Shown: one piece after another, positions 41,601-58,263 of the stretch
Layout: each line of letters starts with the position of its first letter
Numbering within the stretch: the stretch's first letter is position 1
Assembly (NCBI GenBank): GCA_965285935.1
Contig: OZ260661.1
Location: 112,034,001-112,098,000, forward strand
Source of the DNA: Ophelia neglecta
Taxonomy: Eukaryota
DNA: 64,000 bases
Direction: 5' to 3'
Translations under genes and position numbers: made by a program
Notes under the pieces: generated by a model
Told to the model about the DNA's origin: nothing
Database searches by the model: none
Seen by the model: only the letters and a program-made list of their open reading frames with translations

Positions 41601-44600
41601 AGAACAAGAACAACATGGTAGCAGCAGTGAGATAATACATGAACCAGAAACTGGAATTTCAACTCAGACTGATGAAAAATCTGATCAAAAACTTGTAGAA
41701 ACAGAGCAGCAAACAGATGCAGCACATATAGATTTCTTGCCAGGGGCTGAGTACACAGGACCTATCACCCCAGAGATTGCCCAGTTAGCATGGGAAATCA
41801 GGAATCAGCACCTTGGAAATGCCTCAGAAGCAAGCTCAAACTACCCAGATCCATCATCCAGTATATTAACATCTATCAGACAGGCCAAAGCAATACTAGA
41901 TGCTCTTGCCGGGAGACCGCACACTATGAACCCAATAGATGGTACCGAATCATCCCCTCAATATGGACAATATTATGTAGATCCAAGTGCTTATCTTCCT
42001 GGCTACTTTTCTGATAGGAGACCTTATGCCAGCCTCAGCAATGTAAATGCGGCCATGAGACCAGCCCATACAGTCCACCCTAGATTTTTGACTGGTGAGC
42101 AGCAGTGGGGACTAGAGAGAAGACCATCAGTCGGTGCACTCAGTGTTCCTGCTCGTACGACTTGGGATGGCATCAACAGTCATCCCACTTGGGAACCTTC
42201 AGGTTATATCAGTCAGCCTACTGGAACCAAAAAACCATATTCTAGTGGCTCAGGCAGTAAAAGAAGCAAGGGAGCCAGGTCAATGGTGAGCAGTACCACA
42301 CAGACAGGCAATTCTATGGATGATCTCAGCCAAGAGGAAGTACCAAGAGAGATAGAGATCCAAACAGACGCACCATCCTTCCTAGCCAGATTGAGAGATG
42401 ATAGGCCTTGGGACCAGATGTCCAATGGCAGTAAAAAGACCACTGAGATGGTGTCCAGTGTGGAGTCCCTTACTGATTTTAGACATAGGACACCCCAAGG
42501 CCAGTGGTCCTTTGAGATGCTCAACCACTCGCCTTCCCCTGTAAGGACCACTAGCAGACAGAGCACCCATAGTCATGGTAGTGCCTCCCTGGCTGGTGAA
42601 GTAACAGAGGTGTTCAGTACCACAGGTCTTGATGGCAACACACCCTTCAGACGACCCTTGAATTATAGGGGCTCTCTTAGAGAAATTGGCTTTTTAGAGA
42701 CAGATATACCTACCCTGAGGGAACAGGTACCAGACCTAACTGAAAATTGGAGCTCCAAGCTTTCTGTCAGTGATGAACACATTGACTATAGAGAAGAAGA
42801 GGCTGGGGATATGCTTCAATCGACCGCAAACACACAGACAGAAAACAAGACACTACAAGATACCCAAACAAACACCAACATGGCGGGGGTCACTTCAGAA
42901 CGATTCGAGGCCAGCATAACTGGATCTACCAGATCAGTCAACTCTGCTACATTTTTGGCAGAGCCAAACAGAAGTATAGAAACACAGACATACCCTCACA
43001 CCAGGGTAATTGAGACTCAGACATCTAGTCCTGTTAAACCAATCCAAACTCAAACAAGCATTGACTTGGAGGCTCTGCAGATTGACCCAGATATAGTTGA
43101 CCTAAATACTGATATGGAGGCTAGCAAGTTCAAACTGCCCGCTATGGTAGACACTGGAGTCAGCTCTAGTCCTCCAAGTGCTTTCAGTCCAATAGAACCA
43201 ACCGTCCAAATGGACAATTTGGAAGCTAATTTATTGGGTGAAATTCAGAATGGACTAGGCTTATTAGAGGACTCTGAGGATTTAGTGATAGGTCCTGAAA
43301 ATGGCTTCCAACCCATAACCCTGGGTGATGAGAGACTCTCCTCTTTTGAAGATCATAGCATGTCCATAGACCTGGATCTAGTGTCCTCCTCTTCTGATGG
43401 TGAAAGAACATCTACTGATGAAAGAGATCTCGCGACCACAAGACCAAAGAAACAGAAATATTCCCCACGGAGAAAAGGAAGATCTGCTGGTCAAGTGGAA
43501 CAACCAATAGTTCCTAATTTTCAAATCAATGTGCCAGGATTGGATGCCCTGAGACAGGAACATGAAAAATTCATGGAGTCTATGGAGAAAGCTAAGAGTG
43601 ACAGGGAAAAGGCTTCTGCTAAAAGAAAAGCCCTTAAGCATAGCCGTACTTCTATAATACATGATTCAGATCATCTGTCATCCTTGTCATCATTTGCTGA
43701 CGAGAGTGGCTCAGGTTCAGAGGGTGGAAGGAGAATCAGAAAACCCAAGCCACAAAGGGTAAGCAGTGAGGAAAGAACAATCATAGGGCCAGGGCAGGGG
43801 GCCCTAGATACCATTGATACAATTAAACCAGTAATAGAAGAGGCCATCCCACTAGGAGCAATATCTGGGCGAGTAGAGCTGTACTCTGAAGTAGATGACG
43901 CCAGTCAAGTACAAGGAGAGGTTAGCCAAGAACTGGAGGTGGTTGTTATGTCCAGAGAAACACCAGCCAAAGAGATGTCACCCTACACTGATGAACTGCA
44001 AAAAACCATAGAAGAAATAAATGAGGCCCTGTCAGGTGATAGCCAGTCATCAATGGCAAGATCATCTCATAGTCACTCCTCTGCCTCAATCTCTCCCTCA
44101 GATACAAGGTCAGAGACAGGTCAGGGGTCAGGAGCAGTACACATTGCTGTCAGAGAAGCTGGGTCTGAAGAACATATCGAAACCAGCTCAGAAGGAATTC
44201 AGGATCAGATGATTCAAGAGCTTGTCAGAGAGCTGCAAGATTCCTCAACATCTCTGTCAGTAGATAGAGAACCAGGCTTGGCTGAGGAGGTGCCAACAAA
44301 ATACATGTCCTCACCAACAAGAGATGTGTCCTCACCAGCAGTAGACAAGTCTTCTCCAACAAGACATACGTCCTCACCAACAAAAGATGTGACCTCACCA
44401 GCAATAGACAAGTCCTCACCAACAATAGATAAGTCCTTGCCAACAATACACATGTCCTCACCAACAATAGATGTGTACACTAGAGACAGGATCACCAGGC
44501 AAGGTAATGGATCATTTGAACTGTATGATGGTTCAGAAGAGGAAGACCAAGATGCTGAACTGAGAACCTCCAGTGAAGAGAGTAAGATGCTCATTGCTGA

Positions 44601-47600
44601 TGGTAGAGACAGCTGGCCTGAGGAAGGTGAAAAACACTTGGATGACTTGCAAATAGAAGATTTGAAGGTAACGTCAGATGTAATTCAGCTGACGGAGTCA
44701 AAGAACCAGTCACACTCCATATGTGACCTAGGTAACGAGTACACAGACAAACCAGAAGATGATCTGGCAGAGGACAGTACACTACTGAAGAGGATGGCTG
44801 CTCCAGATCCCATGTCTGAGACTGAAGTTATTATATCTAGAGCTGAAGTGTCAGCCCTGGGATCAGCAGAACCAAGTATTTGGAAAACAGGCCCTGGCAG
44901 TGAGATGCAGGCCTTAGATGATCAGCTTGACCTAGATAAAAAGAGACAAATAGGAGGCAAAACTTCTCTGTCAGGAGAACCTAAGATGACATCCCTGGAG
45001 ACACAGGAGGATGTAAACCATGTCCATACAGAATCCCCTTCAGAAAGAGAGGACAAAGCTCCTGATGAAGAGCATCTACAAGACATTCCTCCCCAGCAGA
45101 CAGTTGAAGACCAGACAATCAGAGAAGAGCTTCCTAAAGCTGTTGAATCTGTGACCACTTCAATGAAGATACCTCAAGTTTTTGACCTTGCCAGAATACA
45201 ACACCTGATGGAAAGGCCTCCCAGCAGAACTGCTGCCACTCAGTATGAGGCCTTTTCAGAAGATATTGGCCGAGTTTCAACCCCTGGACCTGATGACAGA
45301 CCAATCAGTCACATGACCACAGCAGCCACTCAGTATGACGATGAATACTTTGAGGACATCCGATCCGTCAGTGCTGAGCCCAGGCCGGAGCGCCCCAGCA
45401 GAGCAATGACTGCAAGAAACAGGGACCAACAAAGAAGCCCAACTGGAGAAAAAGGAATTGCTGCCACCTCCACACCAGTGAAGGTCACAGATACATCAGG
45501 AGACATCAATGTTATCATTGAGAAGTATGAAACCATCAAAAAACCAGTAGTAAATGAAACCAAGTCTAAAACCACATCAGCTGGATCCCAATCTCAGGCT
45601 TTTCAAACAACCCAAGTAAACAGTGACTCAGTGAACAGTCTGGAGTCACAGCTACTGAGTCCTAGGTTGCTTGACAGGTCCTATGGGACTGATGACTTCA
45701 CACAGACAGAGGTGGACGTCTCTGGATCATTGGCCGGTGAGACTAGAGAAATGTCCATCAGCACTGATTTCCATGACAAGGAGAGCGAAGAGGAGCTGGA
45801 GAGACTAAGAAGGGAGAGACAGAGAATCCTAGACATGCTGTCTAAGGATATCATGCCTTCCAAACATCAAGTGGAACTGGCTGAGGCTCAGCTCAACTAC
45901 CTGATTGGTCAGACTGACACCCTTCTTAGTACCTTAGACAGCCCCTGGGGCTGGGATGTACGCACCTTGCACCAATTCGCTGTCCCTGAGGAGCACCTGA
46001 GTGAAATCAGCAAGGAATACCTGAGAAGATATCGCACTACACTGGAAAAATCCAAAGAAGAAATTGAGGACAGGATTTCACAGTTAGAACAGAATAAAAC
46101 ACAATCCAGTGAGAAAATGAAAATGTTTGCCAGAATGAGGCATGATGCCTCTGTGGAGGCCTTCAAACTGGAGCGTACAAGGGAGCAGAATAGCTACGTC
46201 AAAACTCGTGGAGTTCCTAATCACTCTAGTAGTATAAGTCCCCACAGTTCACGCCACACCAGTCCCAGCAGCTCCATCCGGGAAGAGGTCCCTAATGCTC
46301 CATTATTTGCTCGTTTCTTGACGCCAACTCGTCGCAAGCAGCATCTGTCCTCGATGAGAAAGGATCTAGTAAGGAGCACCCAGAAGGAGGAGAGGACGCG
46401 CTCCCTGTCACCAGCCCTGTCCAGTCTGTCCGGGAGTGTGGGAGAGCCCAGGTCCCACTCCATGGGAGGCAGTCTGGGGAAATATAAGATGTATGAGGGC
46501 CACCTGGGAGATGAGATAGGCCAGCACTACCTGACAGCTAGCAGCCTGGCCAGAAGACCACTCTACCAGAGCAAGTATGACCAGAGTGACAACGTCTCTG
46601 TGGCCAGCTCTCTGGATGAGGACTCCGCCCAGCTTCTGTCCGAGTACCAGCAGACCCGTGACCGCAGTCAGGAGGAGATTCAAAAGGCAAAGGCTACTCT
46701 GGAGAAGAAAAAACGCAGGGAGACCACCATAGCCGAGTCAGCAGCCAGACCGCAGCAAAATGTGTACTCCTCAACCAGGTAAATACCTTCAAGGTCAACC
46801 TAAAATGGCCACAGTCAACTATTTTCAGTTTAATTTCACCAGACTTAAGTTTTTAAAGCAAAACAAACCAGATGTTGTATATTCATTAGGGAGCTATTCT
46901 CCCAGTATTTCCCAGAAAATTGCACCATTTCAGAGTTATCAAAGTAAGATTTTAAAACTATTCGTTATTTCATTTAAAGATCCTATCTGGAAGACCTTCA
47001 TTCAACGTACAGGGAGTATCCAGACCTCGGCAGCACCTCGCATTCTGACCCGAGAACAAGGGACAGACTGGAAAAGGTATGTAGCCATTTTTCATCACCC
47101 CTCTGTTAGGCTGATTGTGATTTTGGTACAAGCTTATTTTAGCATACTGTGGCTCATTTCACTTTTAAGTTGTGTGCTAACCATTTATGACATTGTATAT
47201 TGTTAATATAAGACTTTTTGATATATCTGCGTTTGTTTGTGTTTCTGTTCAGCATGAGCCTGTCTCTAACAGTGACAATGTAAGTGGCACGGCGTTGAAT
47301 CCTTCTCTCTGGTTTTTTGTGTGATGATAGTGTGTATTGTAGAGTTTGGCTTCAAACTGCTTGGTGTTAACAGATAGTGCATCATTAAAGTCTATTAAAA
47401 TAAATGCATGTCATTGCTTTTGTCTGCTTGGCATATGGAAAGAAAACCTGCATTAAATCATTGATATAAACAAACCCAATGATTAAATAGAATTGTATAG
47501 GTTATTACTGACAGTGATATAAGCATGAACTCAAATGCTTGGAACTGCAGTGCATAACAACACTTATGATATTTTGGAAAGTAGACATGCATAATGAATT

Positions 47601-49101
47601 TACATAAATGAATACACAATTATGTCTCGTGAAAAGTTGAATCCTTGGACTCTGTTTTGCATGTCTATTACAGGATCCCAGGATGGTTAGAGTAATAAGT
47701 AGGGAATGTCTTGAGCTTTTAACAGCTTTCTTCACTGCATCTCTTGTATATGTATATAGACATTCAATTATATATATTGTGTTAAACTCTTGGCAATCTG
47801 TAGTGGAATCAAGAAGGGTATAAAAAGTATAAACAAGCCAGTTGAAATGTATCACAAATAAACAGAAAAACCTCAATTATCATACTGCTATATAGAACCT
47901 GGCTGATATAGATATACGTCTAAATAATTATAGTATTTGTGTTTGTATATATGTATACATACACTTGACATAACTTGGGCTTATATTAATGTAATAATTT
48001 ATTGTTCAGGAGATTGACAGTGAAATTGAGGAGCTAAAGAAGAAGTATGGTATGATGTCAACCAGGACGCCGTCTCAAGGTGGCTCAGAACTCTACAGCA
48101 GATACACTACTAGGTCAGTAGTACATATTACTATGTTCATCTCTACGTGTCAAGTAATAAATTTACCCACTTTTTAATATGATGATTTATTGTGTCTCTC
48201 TTAAGTCTTTGAAGACACACACTAGTTTAAGGGACAAGACTACACACTGTAGTCAGTGAATTGGAGCAGCTAGATTCTTTTCTATTTGCCATGTTGGTTT
48301 ATTTGATATATATATATAAATGATAATGGTAGAGGAAATAAGGTGTTTACCAGACTTTAAAGTGAGCTATTGTCTTTATATTAATGTTGTAAGTAATACA
48401 TTCACATTATGAATTTAGTTTAATTAATATTTTCTTAATGAATTTGCAGTTCATATGTCTCCCCACTGAATTTTGAACGACATGCAGACCCATCAGTGAG
48501 AACCACACAACTCCAGGACTCCACCTCTACCAGGGGCACCGCTGTACGTGAGACCACGCCCACCAGAGGAACATCTCTACATGAGACCACGCCCACCAGG
48601 GGCACATCTCTTCGTGACACCACCCCCACCAGGGGTACATCCCTTCGTGACACCACCCCCAATAGGAGTACATCTCACTTTAACACCACGGTGGGCTCTG
48701 TGCGTGATACAACACCAACTCGTGAGGTCACTCCTACCAGAAGTGGTCTACAGGACTCTTCATTGACCCGAAGTGGCTCCTTTAGGGGCCGCAGTGCCAC
48801 GAGACCTGGGTCCTATCGCAGCGGGCTGGCCAGAAGCGGGTCTTTCAAGGACACCTCTCGGCCCACAGCCTCCTACTCCACTCACTCAGCAGATAGACCA
48901 GGATTAGGGTCTGGGTACCATCCAAGGTATGACACACAAGGCAATAGGACCAGTACTGGATTTACGACCAGTACTCCACAGTCAGGCAAACCAGAGAGCT
49001 ACACGCCCAGCATGGAGAGACTAGCCACTACCCGACCCATTAGGGCCGCAGACATCAAAGCCAGAGTAATGAAAGACAGAGAGAATAAAAGAAAATTCTG
49101 A
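5517..49101 (+). CDS. STARD9: Giant multi-exon gene, STARD9/KIF16A-like kinesin-3 tail region (about 10,000 aa encoded in window; motor/FHA not in window; no START domain seen)
   Basis: Exons 15984-16204, 17178-20334, 20527-20684, 21075-40709, 40820-46778, 46980-47076, (47253-47279), 48010-48113 and 48450-49101 all have AG/GT boundaries and matching phases, totalling 30,010 nt. Motifs VELAEAQLNYLIGQTDTLL, RRKQHLSSMRKDLVRST and LLSEYQQTRDRSQEEIQKAKATL resemble the pre-START region of vertebrate STARD9 (recalled, not searched). The start at 5517 is tentative. Confidence 0.6.
6732..6755 (+). CDS. Candidate 24-nt microexon (GSNAEIS), phase 2-2
   Basis: Acceptor cttctgtttttccAG, donor GG|GTATGT, frame-preserving, five GCATG motifs within about 330 nt downstream. 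Confidence 0.55.
15984..16204 (+). CDS. Giant gene exon encoding an E/R/Q-rich coiled coil (HELERLREEH...LLEEKQQ)
   Basis: ttttgacttgcAG acceptor; donor A|GTAAAA in phase 1 joins the next exon to give ATG GAG GAT; purine-rich coding composition. Confidence 0.85.
17178..20334 (+). CDS. Giant gene exon (3.16 kb): coiled coil followed by S/P/K-rich disordered region
   Basis: atttcAG acceptor at 17177; 1055-codon ORF; two phase-2 donors at 20335 and 20341. Confidence 0.9.
20527..20684 (+). CDS. Giant gene exon (GADRPDSVNAVSAKKAGKRVRRRH...EEDSLST)
   Basis: tttcatcccAG acceptor, CAG|GTCATT donor; phase 2 in and phase 1 out bridges the flanking exons with no stop. Confidence 0.8.
21075..40709 (+). 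CDS. Giant exon, 19,635 bp (6,545 codons), acidic S/E/D/Q/T-rich disordered sequence with internal repeats
   Basis: Uninterrupted 6605-codon ORF; acceptor ttctccattacAG at 21074; donor ATG|GTAAGA at 40710; phase 1-1. Confidence 0.92.
27900..29900 (+). repeat. Coding tandem repeat, 165-bp (55-aa) unit; five near-identical central copies plus diverged flanking copies
   Basis: ATGGACAGTCCC starts at 28277, 28442, 28607, 28772, 28937 and 29102; unit MDSPSSMPVNVGNQGQQNIGQIDEELAGQPLENKEESEKPLDKVPVQNQTLVLDN. Confidence 0.95.
34920..37010 (+). repeat. Diverged tandem duplication of about 1.04 kb inside the giant exon
   Basis: KKSSSDSGISA codons at 35114 and 36158 (offset 1044); EVTQQ.AD.DDQ, VSEGWENE and MEE.P.VF.EG are also paired. 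Confidence 0.85.
40820..46778 (+). CDS. Second large exon, 5,959 bp: TQT motif cluster, SSPT repeats, STARD9-like coiled coils
   Basis: ttttctttgatacAG acceptor at 40819 (110-bp intron, phase 1); donor CAG|GTAAAT at 46779; 1981-codon ORF. Confidence 0.92.
44305..44472 (+). repeat. Coding 21-bp (7-aa) tandem repeat, xSSPTxD/H, 8 copies
   Basis: MSSPTRD VSSPAVD KSSPTRH TSSPTKD VTSPAID KSSPTID KSLPTIH MSSPTID. Confidence 0.9.
46980..47076 (+). CDS. Giant gene exon (SYLEDLHSTYREYPDLGSTSHSDPRTRDRLEK)
   Basis: ttatttcatttaaAG acceptor, AAG|GTATGT donor; phase 2 in, phase 0 out. Confidence 0.75.
47253..47279 (+). CDS. Candidate 27-nt microexon (HEPVSNSDN), phase 0-0
   Basis: tgcgtttgtttgtgtttctgttcAG acceptor, perfect GTAAGT donor, frame-preserving. 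Confidence 0.6.
48010..48113 (+). CDS. Giant gene exon (EIDSEIEELKKKYGMMSTRTPSQGGSELYSRYTT)
   Basis: tttattgttcAG acceptor, AG|GTCAGT donor; phase 0 in, phase 2 out. Confidence 0.8.
48450..49101 (+). CDS. Terminal coding exon: basic R/S/T-rich tail with 11-aa repeats, ends ...MKDRENKRKF*
   Basis: tttgcAG acceptor at 48449 in phase 2, in frame with the 201-codon ORF, TGA at 49099-49101. Confidence 0.82.
48515..48745 (+). repeat. Coding 33-bp (11-aa) tandem repeat R(E/D)TTPTRGTSL
   Basis: gagaccacgcccaccag at 48550 and 48583; about 4-5 good copies plus degenerate ones. Confidence 0.9.
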
Positions 49102-50705
49102 ACACTTTAGCATCCATCTGTCAATGGGTGTAGTATATTTAGTGGAGAGTATGACCTTGTAACACAGGTCTGTTATGCATGGAATAAGAAACCATGTTAC
49201 ACTATTCGTCTGCTCAAACAAGTTCAATCTGTATCAGTATTGAAAGGTATTTAGCAATTACAAGCAGACGAAAAGTGGTTATGATTGGAGATACATGCTG
49301 TAGAAGTTGAAGATATTTAAAGATATAGTCTATAAATTGACAATGCTAAATCTTGTCTCATAGTCAGCATGATTATGCAGAAGCTACAAGAGAGCAAAGC
49401 ATGTATAGAAATGTTTGAGATTAGAAGAAATTGTAGCTTTGAACTTGTGTGCAGAAATGAAGCCATTGACTGTGATAAATGCATTTATCACAATGCATTC
49501 TAATATATTTGTATCATATTTTTCTAAGTGAATCTAGCCTTACTTGTAAATAAACTCCAAAGTTACAAGACTGTTTTGTAGATTAGCTGCAAATATAAAA
49601 TGGTGCATTAATATGTAAAATATTAATATATATATTTCCAGGAGATTGCGTTGCAGGCCATATCAAGCCAAACTATGCTGAAAGTCACTGTACACATTAA
49701 TTATGTAGTCACTTTTTATACCCTAACTATAAGACCTACCAAACTATTATAATAGTTAGTTTGCCAACTAGAGACCGATTTACACCATTCCTTGGAATGC
49801 TGCCCATATATTCAGGGAATGGCATAAATCTTTGTTCTTTGCTAGTTTCCACTTGAAGCTTTCTTCTTTTCAATATTATGAGTTATTTTATCTTAGTTTC
49901 ACTGTCCTATTAACATGTTTTAATACTTTGTAGTTTACCTCACAAGATGTTTCTTGTATGATTACTATTCTCAATGAAACGAGATGGAAACTGTCTCCCA
50001 TAACAATTATACTATGCAAAACAATCTGCTGCTACCCAAATATTGTATGTATCCCAGGAAGTGTTATATCTAAAGTACACAGTCTTAACTCTGATTTACT
50101 ATGTATTTTGTTAACGTTTTTCAGTGGTGTGTTGTGAAGTTTGGTTGGTGCCCATTCTTGGTATTGCATGTTTATTTATTGTTTGTCGTTGATAGTGAAT
50201 CCTATTTCAAGTCACGTTGATCCTGCATGACCTAGTTTTAGAATTAGATTTTGGCTTTATTTATTTATTTTTTATGTAGAAGTATTTATTAAATTCTTTC
50301 AAGACTAAGGCATGTCAGCCCCATGACAGTCCTGCGTAGGTTTTGCAAAGTTTTATAGTTGTGTTTAATCACACTAAAATATGCAACACTTTTTTAAAGA
50401 ATGCCTTGTCATTAAATTCCAATGATTTATGCTTTGAATGTTTTATGCCAAAATATGCCAACTATTTTTTTTCTAGTACTGTAATCCAGAAATGTTGATT
50501 GAATTTTCTTCCTTCATTGTAATAGATTTATCATTTTTACTAAAACCACTTAAAATGTAAATATGTCACTTTTTATACAAGCACTATTATCACAAGGAAA
50601 TGATCTAAAATTACATAAGTTATTTTTTTTGTAAATGTGGGTTAACGAAGAAATATTGTTGAATTAAAAGTGAAGAAACAAGTTTGTGAATCACAAAATT
50701 TCACA

Positions 50706-50711
50706 AATAAA
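50706..50711 (+). terminator. Candidate polyadenylation signal of the giant gene (about 1.6 kb 3' UTR)
   Basis: AATAAA followed by a GT/T-rich tract (tggttttagtgttgagttt). Confidence 0.45.
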
Positions 50712-51942
50712 TTTTGATATTAATGGTTTTAGTGTTGAGTTTATTTCCTACAGACTAGCTTAAACTTATTCAAGGGTTTTTTTATTAATCTTATCTAAGC
50801 ATATCACTGTTTTTAAAACAACATTTAATATGTTATGTTGTTAATTAATCCCGACTGATTTCCTTCCATTTGAACACCTGAAGAGCAGGAACTACCACGC
50901 AGAATTGTTTCCTTGGTTTACAATCTCAACTAGATCTAGTATAATTCCGTTGGGAAGAAATCAAATTTTGCCCCAAAAAAACAACATAATGATATGTGTA
51001 AGCTCAGTCCAACTCAACTTTGATTTCAAACATTCAAGGAAAAAGTTGTCAAGTAAAGCCAGTGAATCGTAGTAGTAACACTTCGTGTAATAATATCTTA
51101 AGGCATGACGGATGCATTAAGTTTTCCACCGGCCACCATTTTTAACGTTTTATTTAGTCATATATCATCTTAAAGGCAAATTTTTGAGTAATTACTGGTT
51201 AAAATTCAAACTATGATGACTAATTAGTTTGCACTGTATAGGTAAGGTGGTTCTCCTATACTACTCTATATGTAAACACAACCAAGTGCACGTCACTTTT
51301 TACTACCCTGGTCTTAATAAAAACACCTATAATGTTATTATTGTCAGTTATTGTTACCAACAAGCGGTCAACCAAAGACCAGACTTGTATCCTTACGTCC
51401 AAATTTGTCCATTATTCTCCTTGAAATCAGAAAATTGAAAAAAGAATATATGTTGATTAGTGCCGGGACTAGCTTGATCATAATGTAGCAAGTAATAGGA
51501 TCACTGCTTGCCCCTTAATAGAGCCACTCTCGATGAACAGGAAAAATGCAGCAGATATTTTCTTAAAAACAGAAGAGCAGCTTATTATTTGTAAAAAATG
51601 TTTTAAATATTTATTGCAGAATATCCATTACCATGTTTTTCTAATGGAGGAAAACCAATTGCATTCCTTGAGCATCAGGGTTATCTTATCTACCTCATTA
51701 ATAGAAAAATTCCTATGGCCACAATTTGATCTTCATTCCGAGGGCTGAGATGCCAATTAAAAAATCAAATTAAATGGAAATTGATTTAAGAATTAATTCA
51801 GAACCCTAATATTTGGTCCCTGTATGCACTTTGAGCCCACAGTTTTATGAAAATAGACTTAAAACTCAAACAGCTAGTTAATCATGATTCAAAAGGGTAA
51901 CCTCATATAAAAGTGAACAAATACATACACAATGTTTATAAA

Positions 51943-51948
51943 TTTATT
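51943..51948 (-). terminator. Candidate alpha-tubulin polyadenylation signal
   Basis: Minus-strand AATAAA about 170 nt past the stop codon. Confidence 0.55.
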
Positions 51949-52118
51949 GTGTAACTCATGTCACATTGAGCATACATTTCCAGCATTTATGAGAAATGTA
52001 CTGTTCAATATTTTTGCAGAGAGGCATTCTATATGAGAGTACAGTGGTGTGTTTCTACCTTATTCCGTATCTTTCAAATTACATGCTACATTCTATCTGT
52101 TTGGTAAGGCTTTTTATC

Positions 52119-57898
<5,780 letters not shown>

Positions 57899-58013
57899 TT
57901 GAAGGATATGTTATCTGCGTTTTCCTAAAAAATACTTTTGCCGCAGGGAGAGCTTGTGCGGAGATTGCAATGGTCTCACAAACTCTTGAACAATGCGGTT
58001 TAGGCGCGTGTAT

Positions 58014-58099
58014 GAATATATATACAGACAATGTAACAATATGCTCTTCCTTGGCAACCGCGGGTGACATTACGAGACATTATTGGGTTCCCTAGCAAC
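58014..58099 (-). promoter_or_regulatory. Alpha-tubulin proximal promoter: TATA-like element and two RFX X-box-like motifs
   Basis: TATATATA at about 58017-58024; CTTCCTTGGCAAC at 58046-58058; GTTCCCTAGCAAC at 58087-58099; CpG-rich surroundings. Confidence 0.55.
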
Positions 58100-58263
58100 A
58101 AATATCGCAAGGTCACATTTTCATTGTTCGCGCGTCGTTTGCGGGGGGGAGGGGGGGGGGGGTTGATGCAGAAGGTGTAGTCGTGCGGGTGGCTGTGGCG
58201 CTATCCCGGGGCGCTATGTAGGGGAGGGGAGGAGGGTAGGGAGAGACTGGGAGGGAGAGGAGA

